Source of the DNA: Octopus sinensis
Lineage: Eukaryota
Direction of reading: 5' to 3'
DNA length: 64,000 nt
Assembly: GCF_006345805.1 (NCBI RefSeq)
Contig: NC_043018.1
Span: 18,352,001-18,416,000, forward strand
Below the pieces are notes generated by a model. The model did not search any database and was not told where the DNA came from. It worked only from the letters and a program-made list of their open reading frames with translations. Every line of letters begins with the position of its first letter. Position 1 is the first letter of the stretch. Made by a program: the position numbers and the translations under genes. Positions 63,744-64,000 of the stretch are shown piece by piece.

Positions 63744-64000
63744 TAGGCGTAGGAGTGGCTGTGTGGTAAGTAGCTTGCTTACTTAACCACATGGTTCCGG
63801 GTTCAGTCCCACTGCGTGGAACCTTGGGCAAGTGTCTTCTACTATAGCCTCGGACCAACCAAAGCCTTGTGAATGGATTTGGTAGACGGAAACTGAAAGA
63901 AGCCCGTCGTATATATATATATATATGTGTGTGTGTTTGTGTGTCTGTTTGTCCTCCTAGCATTGCTTGACAACCGATACTGGTGTGTTTATGTCCCCGT
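63744..64000 (+). mobile_element. SINE family A running off the window edge
   Basis: Head and central part match the consensus. Confidence 0.88.

Overview
AT-rich, extremely repeat-dense animal genomic DNA. The SINE, RTE-LINE and microsatellite repertoire suggests a coleoid cephalopod (octopus-like); this is inference. The window is almost entirely intronic sequence of one minus-strand gene, the SAC2/INPP5F phosphoinositide phosphatase. Three exons with canonical splice sites are visible (59061-59294, 24372-24527, 7696-7786). Phase and homology require at least one more exon between the first two, which I could not find; it may lie in the 100-N gap at 57804-57903. The introns hold about 25 copies of one tRNA-derived SINE, three further SINE families, several RTE-clade LINE 3' ends, decayed Tc1/mariner and FLYWCH/MULE-like transposases, two non-autonomous Helitrons, piggyBac-like and Tc1-like MITEs, and several minisatellites. 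The most interesting signal is a set of fold-back (inverted-repeat) elements, several sitting in or beside (TA)n tracts, that carry minimal type-I hammerhead ribozyme motifs of the Penelope-like-element kind. There are at least four sequence-unrelated families, one with a near-perfect 195-bp palindrome and one with a non-canonical CUGUCGA core. Other notable structures are SINE multimers inside a single target-site duplication, a 96-bp satellite built from a SINE tail, and an inverted repeat bracketing a symmetric exon. Nearly all ORFs in the supplied track are microsatellite or SINE artefacts. All coordinates were read by eye; repeat boundaries are approximate, while exon and ribozyme positions were indexed base by base.
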